Origin: Clostridia bacterium
GTDB lineage: Bacteria; Bacillota; Clostridia; UBA1212; UBA1255
Direction of reading: 5' to 3'
Assembly: GCA_017935905.1 (NCBI GenBank)
Contig: JAGBGO010000009.1
Span: 575-64,574, forward strand
DNA: 64,000 nucleotides
Shown here: piece after piece, positions 28,218 to 37,598 of the stretch
Layout of the letters: each line of letters opens with the position of its first letter
Numbering within the stretch: position 1 is the stretch's first letter
The notes under the pieces: generated by a model
The model's database searches: none
Told to the model about the DNA's origin: nothing
The model's input: the letters and a program-made list of their open reading frames with translations, nothing else
Made by a program: the position numbers and the translations under genes

Positions 28218-29174
28218 TCACTCCCCTTTTCTGTCCGGTTTGTAGTCTGCATCCAAGGCAGAAAGATCGTAAGGCGTTGCCTGGTATACATAGTAATTCA
28301 ACCAATTGGCGTACAGTAAGTATGCGTGACTGCGCCACTGATGATAGGGTTTCTCTTTTGGATTATCTCCGGGAAAATAATTCTCCGGAACCGCAATTTC
28401 CAGCCCCTTCTTTACGTCTCTTTCATACTCAGTTTTCAGCGTTTCACGATCGTATTCCAAATGTCCGGTAATAAAGATTTGTCTTCTGTCGTGAGACGCA
28501 CAAATGCAAAGACCGGCTTGATCGGAAGCAGCCAATACGTCTAATTCCGGCATCTTCATAACCCGCTTCAAATCATTTCCGGTATAACGGGAATGGGGTA
28601 CGTAGAAAATATCGTCAAAGCCCCGAAGCAAACGGGCTCTCTTATTGAGCACTCGGTGGGGATAGACACCGAACAATTTCTTGCCCAAATCCACTTTGGG
28701 CACACCGTAGTGATAATACATCCCCGCTTGCGCACCCCAACAAATATGGAGTGTGGTCGTTACGTTTTCTTTCGACCACTTCATCAGTCTGCAAAGTTCA
28801 TCCCAATATTTCACTTCTTCAAAAGGCATATTTTCAACAGGCGCCCCTGTGATAATCAAGCCGTCAAACTTTCGATCTTTAATATCATCAAAGGTCCGGT
28901 AAAACGTATTCAAATGACTGATCGGCGTATTCTTCGACGTATACGAAGCCGGGTGCAGAAGCGTCACCTCCACCTGCAAAGGTGTATTACTCAAAAGACG
29001 TAACAGTTGTGTTTCCGTTACAATCTTGGTAGGCATTAAATTCATAATCGCAATCTGCAGTGGACGAATATCCTGAGAAAACGCCATTTCTTCGTTCATC
29101 ACGAATACGTGCTCATTTCTGAGCACTTCCATAGCGGGCAAATGATCGGGAATCTTAATTGGCATGTTCATCAC
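28218..29174 (-). CDS. metA: Homoserine O-acyltransferase, MetA family, probably acetyl-CoA specific
   Basis: QDIRPL, NLMPTK, ITGAPVE (Glu at the specificity position, typical of acetyltransferases), [14 protein letters not shown]. Confidence 0.95.
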   Translation of the reverse strand: MMNMPIKIPDHLPAMEVLRNEHVFVMNEEMAFSQDIRPLQIAIMNLMPTKIVTETQLLRLLSNTPLQVEVTLLHPASYTSKNTPISHLNTFYRTFDDIKDRKFDGLIITGAPVENMPFEEVKYWDELCRLMKWSKENVTTTLHICWGAQAGMYYHYGVPKVDLGKKLFGVYPHRVLNKRARLLRGFDDIFYVPHSRYTGNDLKRVMKMPELDVLAASDQAGLCICASHDRRQIFITGHLEYDRETLKTEYERDVKKGLEIAVPENYFPGDNPKEKPYHQWRSHAYLLYANWLNYYVYQATPYDLSALDADYKPDRKGE

Positions 29175-29250
29175 TCCTGTGTAATTGCATATACAGATTT
29201 ATTGTACACTTTTTGTCCTAAAAAAGCAATTGCACGCATAAATTTATTCT

Positions 29251-30204
29251 ATGCTTGTATGGATTTTTTCTTTTATCTTTGTAATCGGGTTTGTATTATG
29301 TGCTTCTTCTGCGATCCCCGAAACGGCAGAAGCACTAAAAACCTTTCTGTTTATCGTGCTCCCTTCCGTATTTCCGTTATGTGTACTTTCAGACTGGCTC
29401 GTGCGAACCGGTGCATTTCGTTTGACCGGTCGATTATTTGCCCCGCTAATGAAACCATTATTTGGTGTCTCCGGGACAGGCGCGTTGAGTATAATGACCG
29501 GACTCATCGGAAGCTATCCCACGGCAGCCAAGACAACGGCCCAATTATATAAAAACGGAGAAATAACGTACGAAGAAGCATTGAAGCTAAGTGCTTTTAC
29601 GAATAACGCCGGTCCATTGTTTATCATTGGTGTTTTGGGGACAAATATGCTGCGTTCTACCACGTTAGGCGTTATTTTATGGTGTATACACGTTACAGCG
29701 TCCCTCTTAACCGGTATTTTGATGGGCAAATTTTATAGAAATCGTCATACGTCGCTGAATCGAAAGCCAATTCCCTTAGTAGAAGTTAAAAAACAAAATC
29801 CTTTTCTATTGCTTTCTTCATCCATTGCGTCGGCTATGGAAACTATGATTCCTGTTTGCGGAACCGTTCTTTTTTTTGCTTCTCTTTGCGCAATGATTGA
29901 AGCCATTCAAATGAAAGAGCTTCAGTCAGTCGGTAATTTACTTTCAATGTTTTTGGAAATGACAACCGGCTGTCAAACGGTGGATAAACTTTCACTGACT
30001 TCCCTGTCTGAGGCTTCCGCTTTGCTCACACGCTGTTGTCTATTTTCCGGAGTCGTTTCATGGGGTGGTTGTTCCGTACATATGCAAACCATCTATATTT
30101 TCAGTCAAAACGGTCTCCCCTGTTCTCGGTATCTAATAGGAAAGATCTTCCACACAATAATAGCTGTGGGGCTGACCGGTCTTGTTATGTGGCTGTATAT
30201 ATAG
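29251..30204 (+). CDS. ylbJ: Sporulation integral membrane protein YlbJ-like (nucleoside recognition gate domain)
   Basis: VLPSVFP, LMKPLFGV, GSYPTAAK, NNAGPLFIIG, LEMTTG, WGGCSVHMQ. Confidence 0.85.
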   Translation: MLVWIFSFIFVIGFVLCASSAIPETAEALKTFLFIVLPSVFPLCVLSDWLVRTGAFRLTGRLFAPLMKPLFGVSGTGALSIMTGLIGSYPTAAKTTAQLYKNGEITYEEALKLSAFTNNAGPLFIIGVLGTNMLRSTTLGVILWCIHVTASLLTGILMGKFYRNRHTSLNRKPIPLVEVKKQNPFLLLSSSIASAMETMIPVCGTVLFFASLCAMIEAIQMKELQSVGNLLSMFLEMTTGCQTVDKLSLTSLSEASALLTRCCLFSGVVSWGGCSVHMQTIYIFSQNGLPCSRYLIGKIFHTIIAVGLTGLVMWLYI

Positions 30205-30238
30205 AAAAAGGGACCAACGCATTCGCGCGGTCCCTTTT
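30205..30238. terminator. Bidirectional terminator between convergent ylbJ and the ABC locus
   Basis: AAAAGGGACC...GGTCCCTTTT stem with A/T tracts on both sides. Confidence 0.8.
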
Positions 30239-30263
30239 GTACAACTTACTGATCTAACAGATA

Positions 30264-31607
30264 TTAGTCTTCAGCGAGAGAAGCCCATTTCTCATTTGCA
30301 GTCTTCTCAATAACACCCATCTTAACAGACAAGTCAGCACCTTCTGCAACAGCTACCAAAGAAGATTTCAGGTTCTTCTCGATGATTTCTGCAACTTCAG
30401 GAGGAAGAATGCACTTAAACTGACCAATTACAGCGTACTCGTCAGCCATGTAGATGTTTGCATCCCAGTACTTCTTGCTCCAGTCATCTTCAGCATGTCT
30501 CCAGAAATCAGCATCCTTCAAGGAAGCCAATACAGGAACGGAACCACCGTCTTGACCGTTGAATGCTGTCTGACCGTCTTGTGTGTAGAAGAACAGTGCA
30601 AAAGCAGCAGCAGCGTTCGCATTACGTGTACCATTGTATACGCCTACACCGGAGGAACCGCAACCAAACATAGGATTGTTTGCAAGAGGCAAGTGAATCA
30701 TATCCCACTTGATTTCTTTATCGTCATACTCTAAACCGTAAGTATCAACCTGAATATATACGTGTTGTCTGAATACAGGATCCTTCTCCTCAAACAAAGT
30801 ATTCGGACCAAGGTTCAAGTTAATCGTACCGTTGTTGTACTCATCAAAAAGTTGTTCGATTGCATCCAACATACCATCAGACGTAAAGTCTACCGTACGG
30901 TTAGCTGTGTTGTACCAGTTCTTTACACGACCATTCTCATCAGTCTTACCAACTGCGTTCAAAAGCGGAATAAATACCGGTCCGTATGCCAAATCAACGT
31001 AAGCACCATACTGCGTATCATTGGTAAGTTTCTGACATACTTCAATGAACGTATCCCAAGTCCAACCGGGAGCAACGTCCTCAGTCAATCCGGCTTCAAA
31101 AAGCGCGTCTTGGTTGTAAGTCATGATCATCTGGTTGAAGTCACGCGCTACGTAGTAGTACTTACCATCGATCATACCTGCAGCATAGATACCGGAGTAA
31201 ATATCATCCGTATCAATCTTAAATGCCTGCATGTAGTGATCCAAAGGCATCAATGCATCCTGTGTCTTTGCATAGTTGTAAGCTTCAGCTTCTGCAAAGT
31301 AGAATACGTCACCGATGCTGTTGGCGGAAATACGCTGATCTGCCTGCGTCGTCTTGTAGTCATAATCTCTTACAACTTTAGCATTGGGATACTTGGCAAT
31401 AAATGCATCAATATATGCATTTGCTGCCATCTTCTTGTTCTCTGTGTTTGCTTCGTAAGAGAACTTGATGGTACCGGAAACCTCGGGAGCTACTTCAAGA
31501 TTTTCGAGCTCACCGGATTGCTTCACACGACCACCGCAAGCAGCCAATCCACATACTGTCAAAATAGCAAGTAACAATGCTAATGACTTTGTGATTACTT
31601 TCTTCAT
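30264..31607 (-). CDS. Family-1 extracellular solute-binding lipoprotein (sugar ABC)
   Basis: Lipobox LAAC; IGDVF, LMPLD, YYVARDFNQMIMTYN, WTWD, WDMIHLP. Confidence 0.85.
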   Translation of the reverse strand: MKKVITKSLALLLAILTVCGLAACGGRVKQSGELENLEVAPEVSGTIKFSYEANTENKKMAANAYIDAFIAKYPNAKVVRDYDYKTTQADQRISANSIGDVFYFAEAEAYNYAKTQDALMPLDHYMQAFKIDTDDIYSGIYAAGMIDGKYYYVARDFNQMIMTYNQDALFEAGLTEDVAPGWTWDTFIEVCQKLTNDTQYGAYVDLAYGPVFIPLLNAVGKTDENGRVKNWYNTANRTVDFTSDGMLDAIEQLFDEYNNGTINLNLGPNTLFEEKDPVFRQHVYIQVDTYGLEYDDKEIKWDMIHLPLANNPMFGCGSSGVGVYNGTRNANAAAAFALFFYTQDGQTAFNGQDGGSVPVLASLKDADFWRHAEDDWSKKYWDANIYMADEYAVIGQFKCILPPEVAEIIEKNLKSSLVAVAEGADLSVKMGVIEKTANEKWASLAED

Positions 31608-31641
31608 TATAAAACCTCCATTAAAACAGATTTATAGATAT

Positions 31642-31669
31642 ATAATATCATATCAACCAAAATTGTCAA
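31642..31669 (-). promoter_or_regulatory. Internal promoter for the last binding protein gene
   Basis: TTGACA (31669-31664), 16 bp, TG-A-TATTAT (31647-31642). Confidence 0.55.
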
Positions 31670-31738
31670 CGGAATAAGAAGTGTTTTTGAACAATCGTTA
31701 CAATTTGTTCGCACCCTATTCACAAAATATCTCGCAAC

Positions 31739-33175
31739 TTACCATTTCGTATTTGCAAGGTCTTGAATGGTTTGCAAGTAAGCATCAACGTGCGTGCCGG
31801 CTCCGGCAGATGCACAATCCTTCAACGCTTTGCCCATAGCCGCATCAATTTCTTTAGCAGCATCCAAGGACATATATACGCTTAAATTTGCTGCGTAGTC
31901 ATATTCGCTAAATAAGGAGAACACAGAGGTATTCTTGCCGGACACCGGATAGTCTCTCCAGAAACGTGCATGATTTACAGAAATGAGGGCAGGGACACGA
32001 ACACCGGAAAGCCCCGATAAATGTGTTGCGGCTTCGTGAACCATAGCATAAAGTGCAAGTTGCGCACAAATTTCGTCTCGCATAGCTTGCGCATTTTCCT
32101 CTTCCTCTTGGGACAAATCCCGAACGCGGACAGCCAAGCCTAACGTCTTAACGCCGATTCTAACGTTCGTAGCACCGTCCTTTCCTTCAAAACGAGGCAG
32201 ATGTGCAAACTCCCATTCAAAGCCTTCCTCCGCTAATTTCTTCTCCCATTTGGAAAGATCTGCATGAGAAAGAACGACCATACCATATTCAGAAAGTTCT
32301 TCCGGCGTAATTTGATCCGGCGTCTTCTCTGCAACGTAACCGGTGCGGATAAAGGAATCTACTAAATATTCCAAACCCTGTGCAACCTTTGCATCCGTAA
32401 GATTTAAAACCTTATCTTCAGGGGTTGCACCCTCCATTAAAATATCCATACCCTGGCTCATAGCAAAAGATCCCCAAATCGAGAAATCTGCGTAATCCAT
32501 TGAAATCGGATTCTTGCAACCGATCTTCTTCAGCGCCTCTGCATAGGAAAGCAAATCATCCCAGGTCCATTTATCTTCCGGTACTGTAAGTCCCGCTTCC
32601 TGTAACAAGTCCAAATTGACCCAAACTGCTTTGTTTTCGTATTCCGTAGGAATCATATACATCTTATCTTGGTACAAAGCAGACTGGTATGCAGCGCCAA
32701 AGAAAAGTTCTTCGGGAACCAATTTTGAATAGCTTCCGGACGTATACTCAATCAATCCGTCTAAATAAGGCGTAATATCGAGAACGTATCCCTTCTCAAC
32801 GTAAGTAGCCAAACGATCTGAATCCACCAGGAAAACGTCACCAATCGTTCCATCCTCTACACGCTGATCCAAAGTAGCAAAATATTCTTCATAAGAAATT
32901 GCACTGTCTTCAGAAATTTCAACCCCCGGATATTGTTGATTAAAATCACCGATAAAGTTAAATGCAGAAGCATCGTAACCCTCTGTTGAATAGGTTGAAA
33001 ACTTAATGGAGCCGGCTAACTCATCCGGCTGCGGTACGGGCGTCCGTAAACCACCGTTCTCCGTGGAAGTAGCACTTTCACTGCTTCCCTGACAACCTAC
33101 AGCCGTAATAGAAATTAACAAAGCAACAATTACAAGTAGAATTCTATAACTTTTACTTTTCATTTTGATGCTCAC
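31739..33175 (-). CDS. Family-1 extracellular solute-binding lipoprotein (paralogue of 30264-31607)
   Basis: Lipobox AVGC; IGDVF, VWVNLDLLQEAGL, WTWDDL, WEFAHLP. Confidence 0.85.
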   Translation of the reverse strand: MSIKMKSKSYRILLVIVALLISITAVGCQGSSESATSTENGGLRTPVPQPDELAGSIKFSTYSTEGYDASAFNFIGDFNQQYPGVEISEDSAISYEEYFATLDQRVEDGTIGDVFLVDSDRLATYVEKGYVLDITPYLDGLIEYTSGSYSKLVPEELFFGAAYQSALYQDKMYMIPTEYENKAVWVNLDLLQEAGLTVPEDKWTWDDLLSYAEALKKIGCKNPISMDYADFSIWGSFAMSQGMDILMEGATPEDKVLNLTDAKVAQGLEYLVDSFIRTGYVAEKTPDQITPEELSEYGMVVLSHADLSKWEKKLAEEGFEWEFAHLPRFEGKDGATNVRIGVKTLGLAVRVRDLSQEEEENAQAMRDEICAQLALYAMVHEAATHLSGLSGVRVPALISVNHARFWRDYPVSGKNTSVFSLFSEYDYAANLSVYMSLDAAKEIDAAMGKALKDCASAGAGTHVDAYLQTIQDLANTKW

Positions 33176-33181
33176 CTTTCA

Positions 33182-34195
33182 TTATTCAATAACGCCCAGA
33201 CGCTCAATACCGGCCGCCAGCTTCTTCTGTCCCAAGATGTACACGATCAACACGGGGAGCATTACCAACAAACAACCTGCAAACAACGTAGGCTCCATCA
33301 TCGCCTTGGCAAAATCAGAAACTTCACCGGAGGAACCCATCATTTCAGCAAAGTAGTATTGAATATTCTCCAATTTCGGTTGAAGAGTCATCATAGTATT
33401 GGAATACATATACATGGGTGCTTCGCAATTGTCATTCCAGTGCCATACAAAGGAGAAGATAAATACGATGGCGGTAGCGGAACGAACCAACGGAAGCATA
33501 ATTTGCATAAATACACGCAAGGGACCTGCACCGTCAATACGTGCTGCTTCATCCATTGCATTTGGAATACGTTGGAAGAAGTACATATAGATCAATGCAA
33601 ACAAAGCACCACGCAGACCCAATCCAAACAAAGTAGGCAACATAACGGGAAGGAACGTATTAATCGAATTCATCGATGCCCACATTCCGTATGATGCAAT
33701 AATGGTAGTTTGGGGCGGAATTAACAAAGCAAGAAGAACCGTTACGAAGATAAAGATCTTGCCCTTGAAGTTAAAACGTCCTAACGCATAACCGATAATC
33801 GCACAAGATACACATTGAAGAAGTGCACTTCCAAGAGATACGATTAAAGTATTCATAAAGGAAGATACAAACTGTGTACCGCCATCATGGGCAGCTTCGA
33901 AACCAAAATACGAAAGACCCTTAAACGCATCTACGTAGTTCTGCCAGTGAATAGCAGAAGGAATCCACTCGATAGAGGGGTCCATATAGTCCTTGTAAGA
34001 CATCATGGACGTCGTAATAACGTAAATAAACGGAAGGATAAATAAGTAAGCCAACTCGATCAATACGTAGTACAAGAATATTCTTCCAATAACAAACGTA
34101 ATCTTCTTCTTGGCACGATATCCCAAATTACGGTACCGGTCAATAAGTTCATGAATCTTTCCGGATATCTTACTGAAAATCTTCATCGTAACCAC
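33182..34195 (-). CDS. Carbohydrate ABC permease (MalG-like)
   Basis: FFQRIPNAMDEAARIDGAG EAA loop; FVWHWND. Confidence 0.92.
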   Translation of the reverse strand: MVTMKIFSKISGKIHELIDRYRNLGYRAKKKITFVIGRIFLYYVLIELAYLFILPFIYVITTSMMSYKDYMDPSIEWIPSAIHWQNYVDAFKGLSYFGFEAAHDGGTQFVSSFMNTLIVSLGSALLQCVSCAIIGYALGRFNFKGKIFIFVTVLLALLIPPQTTIIASYGMWASMNSINTFLPVMLPTLFGLGLRGALFALIYMYFFQRIPNAMDEAARIDGAGPLRVFMQIMLPLVRSATAIVFIFSFVWHWNDNCEAPMYMYSNTMMTLQPKLENIQYYFAEMMGSSGEVSDFAKAMMEPTLFAGCLLVMLPVLIVYILGQKKLAAGIERLGVIE

Positions 34196-35076
34196 CTCCG
34201 TGTCAACAATACAAAGATCAGAATAACAAGTAAAGTGGCCAACATGTACATCCAGCTAAGTGCAGAAGCCATACCGTACTTGGTACCGGCACTGGTCATT
34301 TCCTCCAAAATACCCATTACAGGATTGGATACGTCTACAAAAGAGTCCACCAACGCATAAATCGCATTCAGAATTACAAAGGGAGAAATATACGGAAGGG
34401 TTACGTGCCAGAAACTTTCCCAAGCAGTTGCACCATCTAATTCCACTACTTCGTACAAAATAATCGGAACACTTTGAAGCGCTGCAAGGAAGATTAAAAT
34501 TTCAACACTACTGGACCACATAATCGTACCGATCTGTGAAATAATCGATACGTCCATAATCTCACTTAAGAAACCCATTCCTCCGGAAGAAAGCATACCG
34601 GAGAATACGCTAATGGATCCAATGCTGTCACTAAACAAGTACGCCATAATAACACCGGCCAAAATTACAGGGATAAAGAAAATAACACGGAAAACCGTTC
34701 TTCCCGGAAAATCCTGTTTTAATAACACTGCGACGAAAAGTGCAAATGCTACAACAATGGGTACTTTATACAAAGACTGTAAAAAGGAATTGAAAACAAC
34801 CTCGCCCACAGCAGGGTCTTTGATAACGTCAATATAGTTATCAAAACCTACAAAAGTACTTTCCCCGCCAAATCCGTACGGGTCCGTTAATTTTGTAATG
34901 AAGAAACTGGTTCTAACGGACAAGAAAAGAGGAATCAACATGAACCAGATAAAACCAACAATCCACGGAATGGAAAAAGTCCAGCCTTCAATTGTTCTCC
35001 GACGTTCAAAAGAACCGAATTTCAAAGTTGTCTTATGGGCTTGTTGCTTTTTGAGTTTAACTACTTGCTTTGCCAA
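34183..35076 (-). CDS. Carbohydrate ABC permease (MalF-like)
   Basis: FLAALQSVPIILYEVVELDGAT EAA loop; FVGFDNY; TTG start after AAGGAGG. Confidence 0.92.
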   Translation of the reverse strand: MAKQVVKLKKQQAHKTTLKFGSFERRRTIEGWTFSIPWIVGFIWFMLIPLFLSVRTSFFITKLTDPYGFGGESTFVGFDNYIDVIKDPAVGEVVFNSFLQSLYKVPIVVAFALFVAVLLKQDFPGRTVFRVIFFIPVILAGVIMAYLFSDSIGSISVFSGMLSSGGMGFLSEIMDVSIISQIGTIMWSSSVEILIFLAALQSVPIILYEVVELDGATAWESFWHVTLPYISPFVILNAIYALVDSFVDVSNPVMGILEEMTSAGTKYGMASALSWMYMLATLLVILIFVLLTRRWLR

Positions 35077-35090
35077 CTTCTACCCCTCCC

Positions 35091-37598
35091 TTAACCATTT
35101 ACAACCAAATAATTCATAGACGGAACAACGGTACCGTCAGTAAGTGTATAGTCCGTATCGGTGTAGTTTACGTATACGCGTGCGCCACCGGAATACGTAG
35201 TACAGAAAACATCCTTATAAGCATCAACTTGCTCGTGATTTGTAATACGCTCGCAAGCAAAAGGTTGAATCGCCTCAGCCGCCATACGGTAAGCATCGAT
35301 AATTTCATCCTTCAACAAGGAGTACTGTGCCTTAAACAGTTCCAAATAATTGGTATACTGCAATTCTTTCGTTTCTGCTTTTGTAACCTCATAAGAAAGG
35401 TTTGCACCGTATTCCACAGCCTTCAATAATGCGTATTGTGCGCTGTCTTGGTTGTTAATCGGCGCCGTATAATAGTTTACCAATCCATGATATACAATTT
35501 GCATAAAAGGAACGGACTCATCCAAAACAATATGAGAAGAACGATCCATCGGCATATCCATAACAGAGTCTGCGACAGCCGCTGCATAATCGTAACCGTA
35601 ATATACAGAAACGCGATTAAAGGCATTCTTATACTGCTTCAACCAGTCTACGTACTTGTGGGCTGTTTGAATACGAAGCATTGCATTTTCTTCGTTGTAG
35701 TCCGTGTAAAGCATATCGCCTAACTGCTGCAACGTAACACCCTGGGTTTTGTAAGATTCCAGTCTGGAAATACTTCCCTTGAGCAGCTCATTGTTAAAAT
35801 ACTTCGGACTCATCCAGTATCCGGCATAATTGTATCGACCGGAAATCGATACAGATTCGTAATTGAGATAGAAGGAGTTCGGTAACTTAACAACGGAGTT
35901 CCGCAGCGTCGCACCGCTCCATCCATTGGGAGAGCCGTAGATCGTCAACAAATTGTTGTCCAAAGAAATCTGAATTCCCTTGTCTGCCGCCCATTTATTC
36001 AACTTAATCAAACCGCTCTTACCACCAAAATCACTTTCAACTTTATTCTTCGTGGTGGAATTCCAATAATAACCATCCGACGTCCATCCGCGCAGCGTCA
36101 ACGCCAAATCTTTCAAACCGGCTTTCTCTAAATCCTCGTAAATTTCACGAACGTCCTCAAAAGTCGTCATCACTTTAAGCTCATCCAGCACACCACCGGA
36201 AACGGTCTCAGCACCCATCATGAAGCGAAGATCAATAACAGAAGCCGCTTCTTCTAAAGCTTTCTTGTCAACACCCCAAACGGACGACCACTTGTTCAGC
36301 AGCAAAGTACGCGTCTTCTCTGCGACGTCAACGTACGTGAACGCCGTTTCTTTTTTGCTCTCCGAAGCATCAAATTCCGGTTCAGCATCGAAATACATAC
36401 TTTGCTCAACATCACCAATTTGCATATCCGCAATAACCATATCATAGTTAGAACCGGACTTCGAAATTTGGAGTTTGTAGAAATAGCGATAATTGTACTG
36501 ATAATAAATCGAGTAGAACGGTAAATTACGAACGCCGGGGTTCGCAATCTTCAGCGATGCACCAACGTCACCTTGATCAATAAAGGAGGTGATCATATAT
36601 TCTTCATCAACCATACCGTAAGCACCTACAGAAAGGTTCTCGCCTGCAAAGTCAGGTTCAGTAACACGATCAAACGTCGGATCAATACCGTAAACACGCT
36701 TTGAATACTCGTTGTAGTTATTTACTCTGGCAACGTCAAAATAGGTTAATGCACCGGAACCGTCCGGGGATACGTAATAACCGGTATCACCATTTTTATG
36801 GGCACCCAAATACGGAAGTACTGCAAGAGATGTGAGCAAAGGTCTCTTATCATCTTCTTCCCACGCTTCCGTCTCACGCTCCACAATACCGTTTCGCGGA
36901 ACTTTGTATTTCAAGCAATTTCCGTCTAACGTAATCTCAACGGTAAAACGGAGCGCCAGCTCACCCACTTCATAAACCAACTGAACGCCGTCTTTAATGA
37001 AATTTACAGTCTTGGTAACATCATTCATTTGATTGATACCTTTTGTAAATCCACCATCCATACCGGATTTTGTATATCCAATAAAGACAGGAGAAGTGAT
37101 GATCATACCGGTGTCTTTCGCCGTATCATAAAGGGCAAGATTGGAAGCAATTGCCTCCCCTTTCTCATTCGTCAATCCTTCATGCGTAGGCTCCGGATAA
37201 CTGCGGAATACCCGTCCGGTACTTAAATCCACGATTAAGAACAGATCATCTTTGGGAGAGTACTCCAATCGAAGTTTGCCGTTGTCAGCGAATACCGTCA
37301 TACCGGTATCTGAAAGCAAGCTACCTTTCAATCCTTTAGACGTATCCACTTTCTGAGGATCACTGGATACAAGGTACTCATCCGAGAACTCTAAATCGTC
37401 CGGGTTACCAAAAGCAACGCTTAAAGCAACAACCAGCAAAACGACAACCAAAAGAAGGGCCACACCCACTTTAACCAATTTCTTCCAAGATGGTTTCTCG
37501 TGAATTCTCTTTTGTTTGTTCTTCTTTGTTGCCTTCTCTTCTGTAACAACAGTATCGGCAACTTCTTTTTTGTTGTTTTCTGTATTTACATTAGACAA
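35091..37598 (-). CDS. DUF5696-like membrane-anchored protein (predicted beta-sandwich plus TIM barrel)
   Basis: N-terminal TM; GALTYFD, LRGWTSDGY, FGGKSGL, VPFMQIVYHGLV, TTYSGGARVYVNY; the gene context recalled for DUF5696. Confidence 0.72.
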   Translation of the reverse strand: MSNVNTENNKKEVADTVVTEEKATKKNKQKRIHEKPSWKKLVKVGVALLLVVVLLVVALSVAFGNPDDLEFSDEYLVSSDPQKVDTSKGLKGSLLSDTGMTVFADNGKLRLEYSPKDDLFLIVDLSTGRVFRSYPEPTHEGLTNEKGEAIASNLALYDTAKDTGMIITSPVFIGYTKSGMDGGFTKGINQMNDVTKTVNFIKDGVQLVYEVGELALRFTVEITLDGNCLKYKVPRNGIVERETEAWEEDDKRPLLTSLAVLPYLGAHKNGDTGYYVSPDGSGALTYFDVARVNNYNEYSKRVYGIDPTFDRVTEPDFAGENLSVGAYGMVDEEYMITSFIDQGDVGASLKIANPGVRNLPFYSIYYQYNYRYFYKLQISKSGSNYDMVIADMQIGDVEQSMYFDAEPEFDASESKKETAFTYVDVAEKTRTLLLNKWSSVWGVDKKALEEAASVIDLRFMMGAETVSGGVLDELKVMTTFEDVREIYEDLEKAGLKDLALTLRGWTSDGYYWNSTTKNKVESDFGGKSGLIKLNKWAADKGIQISLDNNLLTIYGSPNGWSGATLRNSVVKLPNSFYLNYESVSISGRYNYAGYWMSPKYFNNELLKGSISRLESYKTQGVTLQQLGDMLYTDYNEENAMLRIQTAHKYVDWLKQYKNAFNRVSVYYGYDYAAAVADSVMDMPMDRSSHIVLDESVPFMQIVYHGLVNYYTAPINNQDSAQYALLKAVEYGANLSYEVTKAETKELQYTNYLELFKAQYSLLKDEIIDAYRMAAEAIQPFACERITNHEQVDAYKDVFCTTYSGGARVYVNYTDTDYTLTDGTVVPSMNYLVVNG

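Noticed and set aside
29175-29250. SAM riboswitch or Met T-box upstream of metA
   Set aside because: The 76-bp gap is too short and has no S-box or T-box motif.
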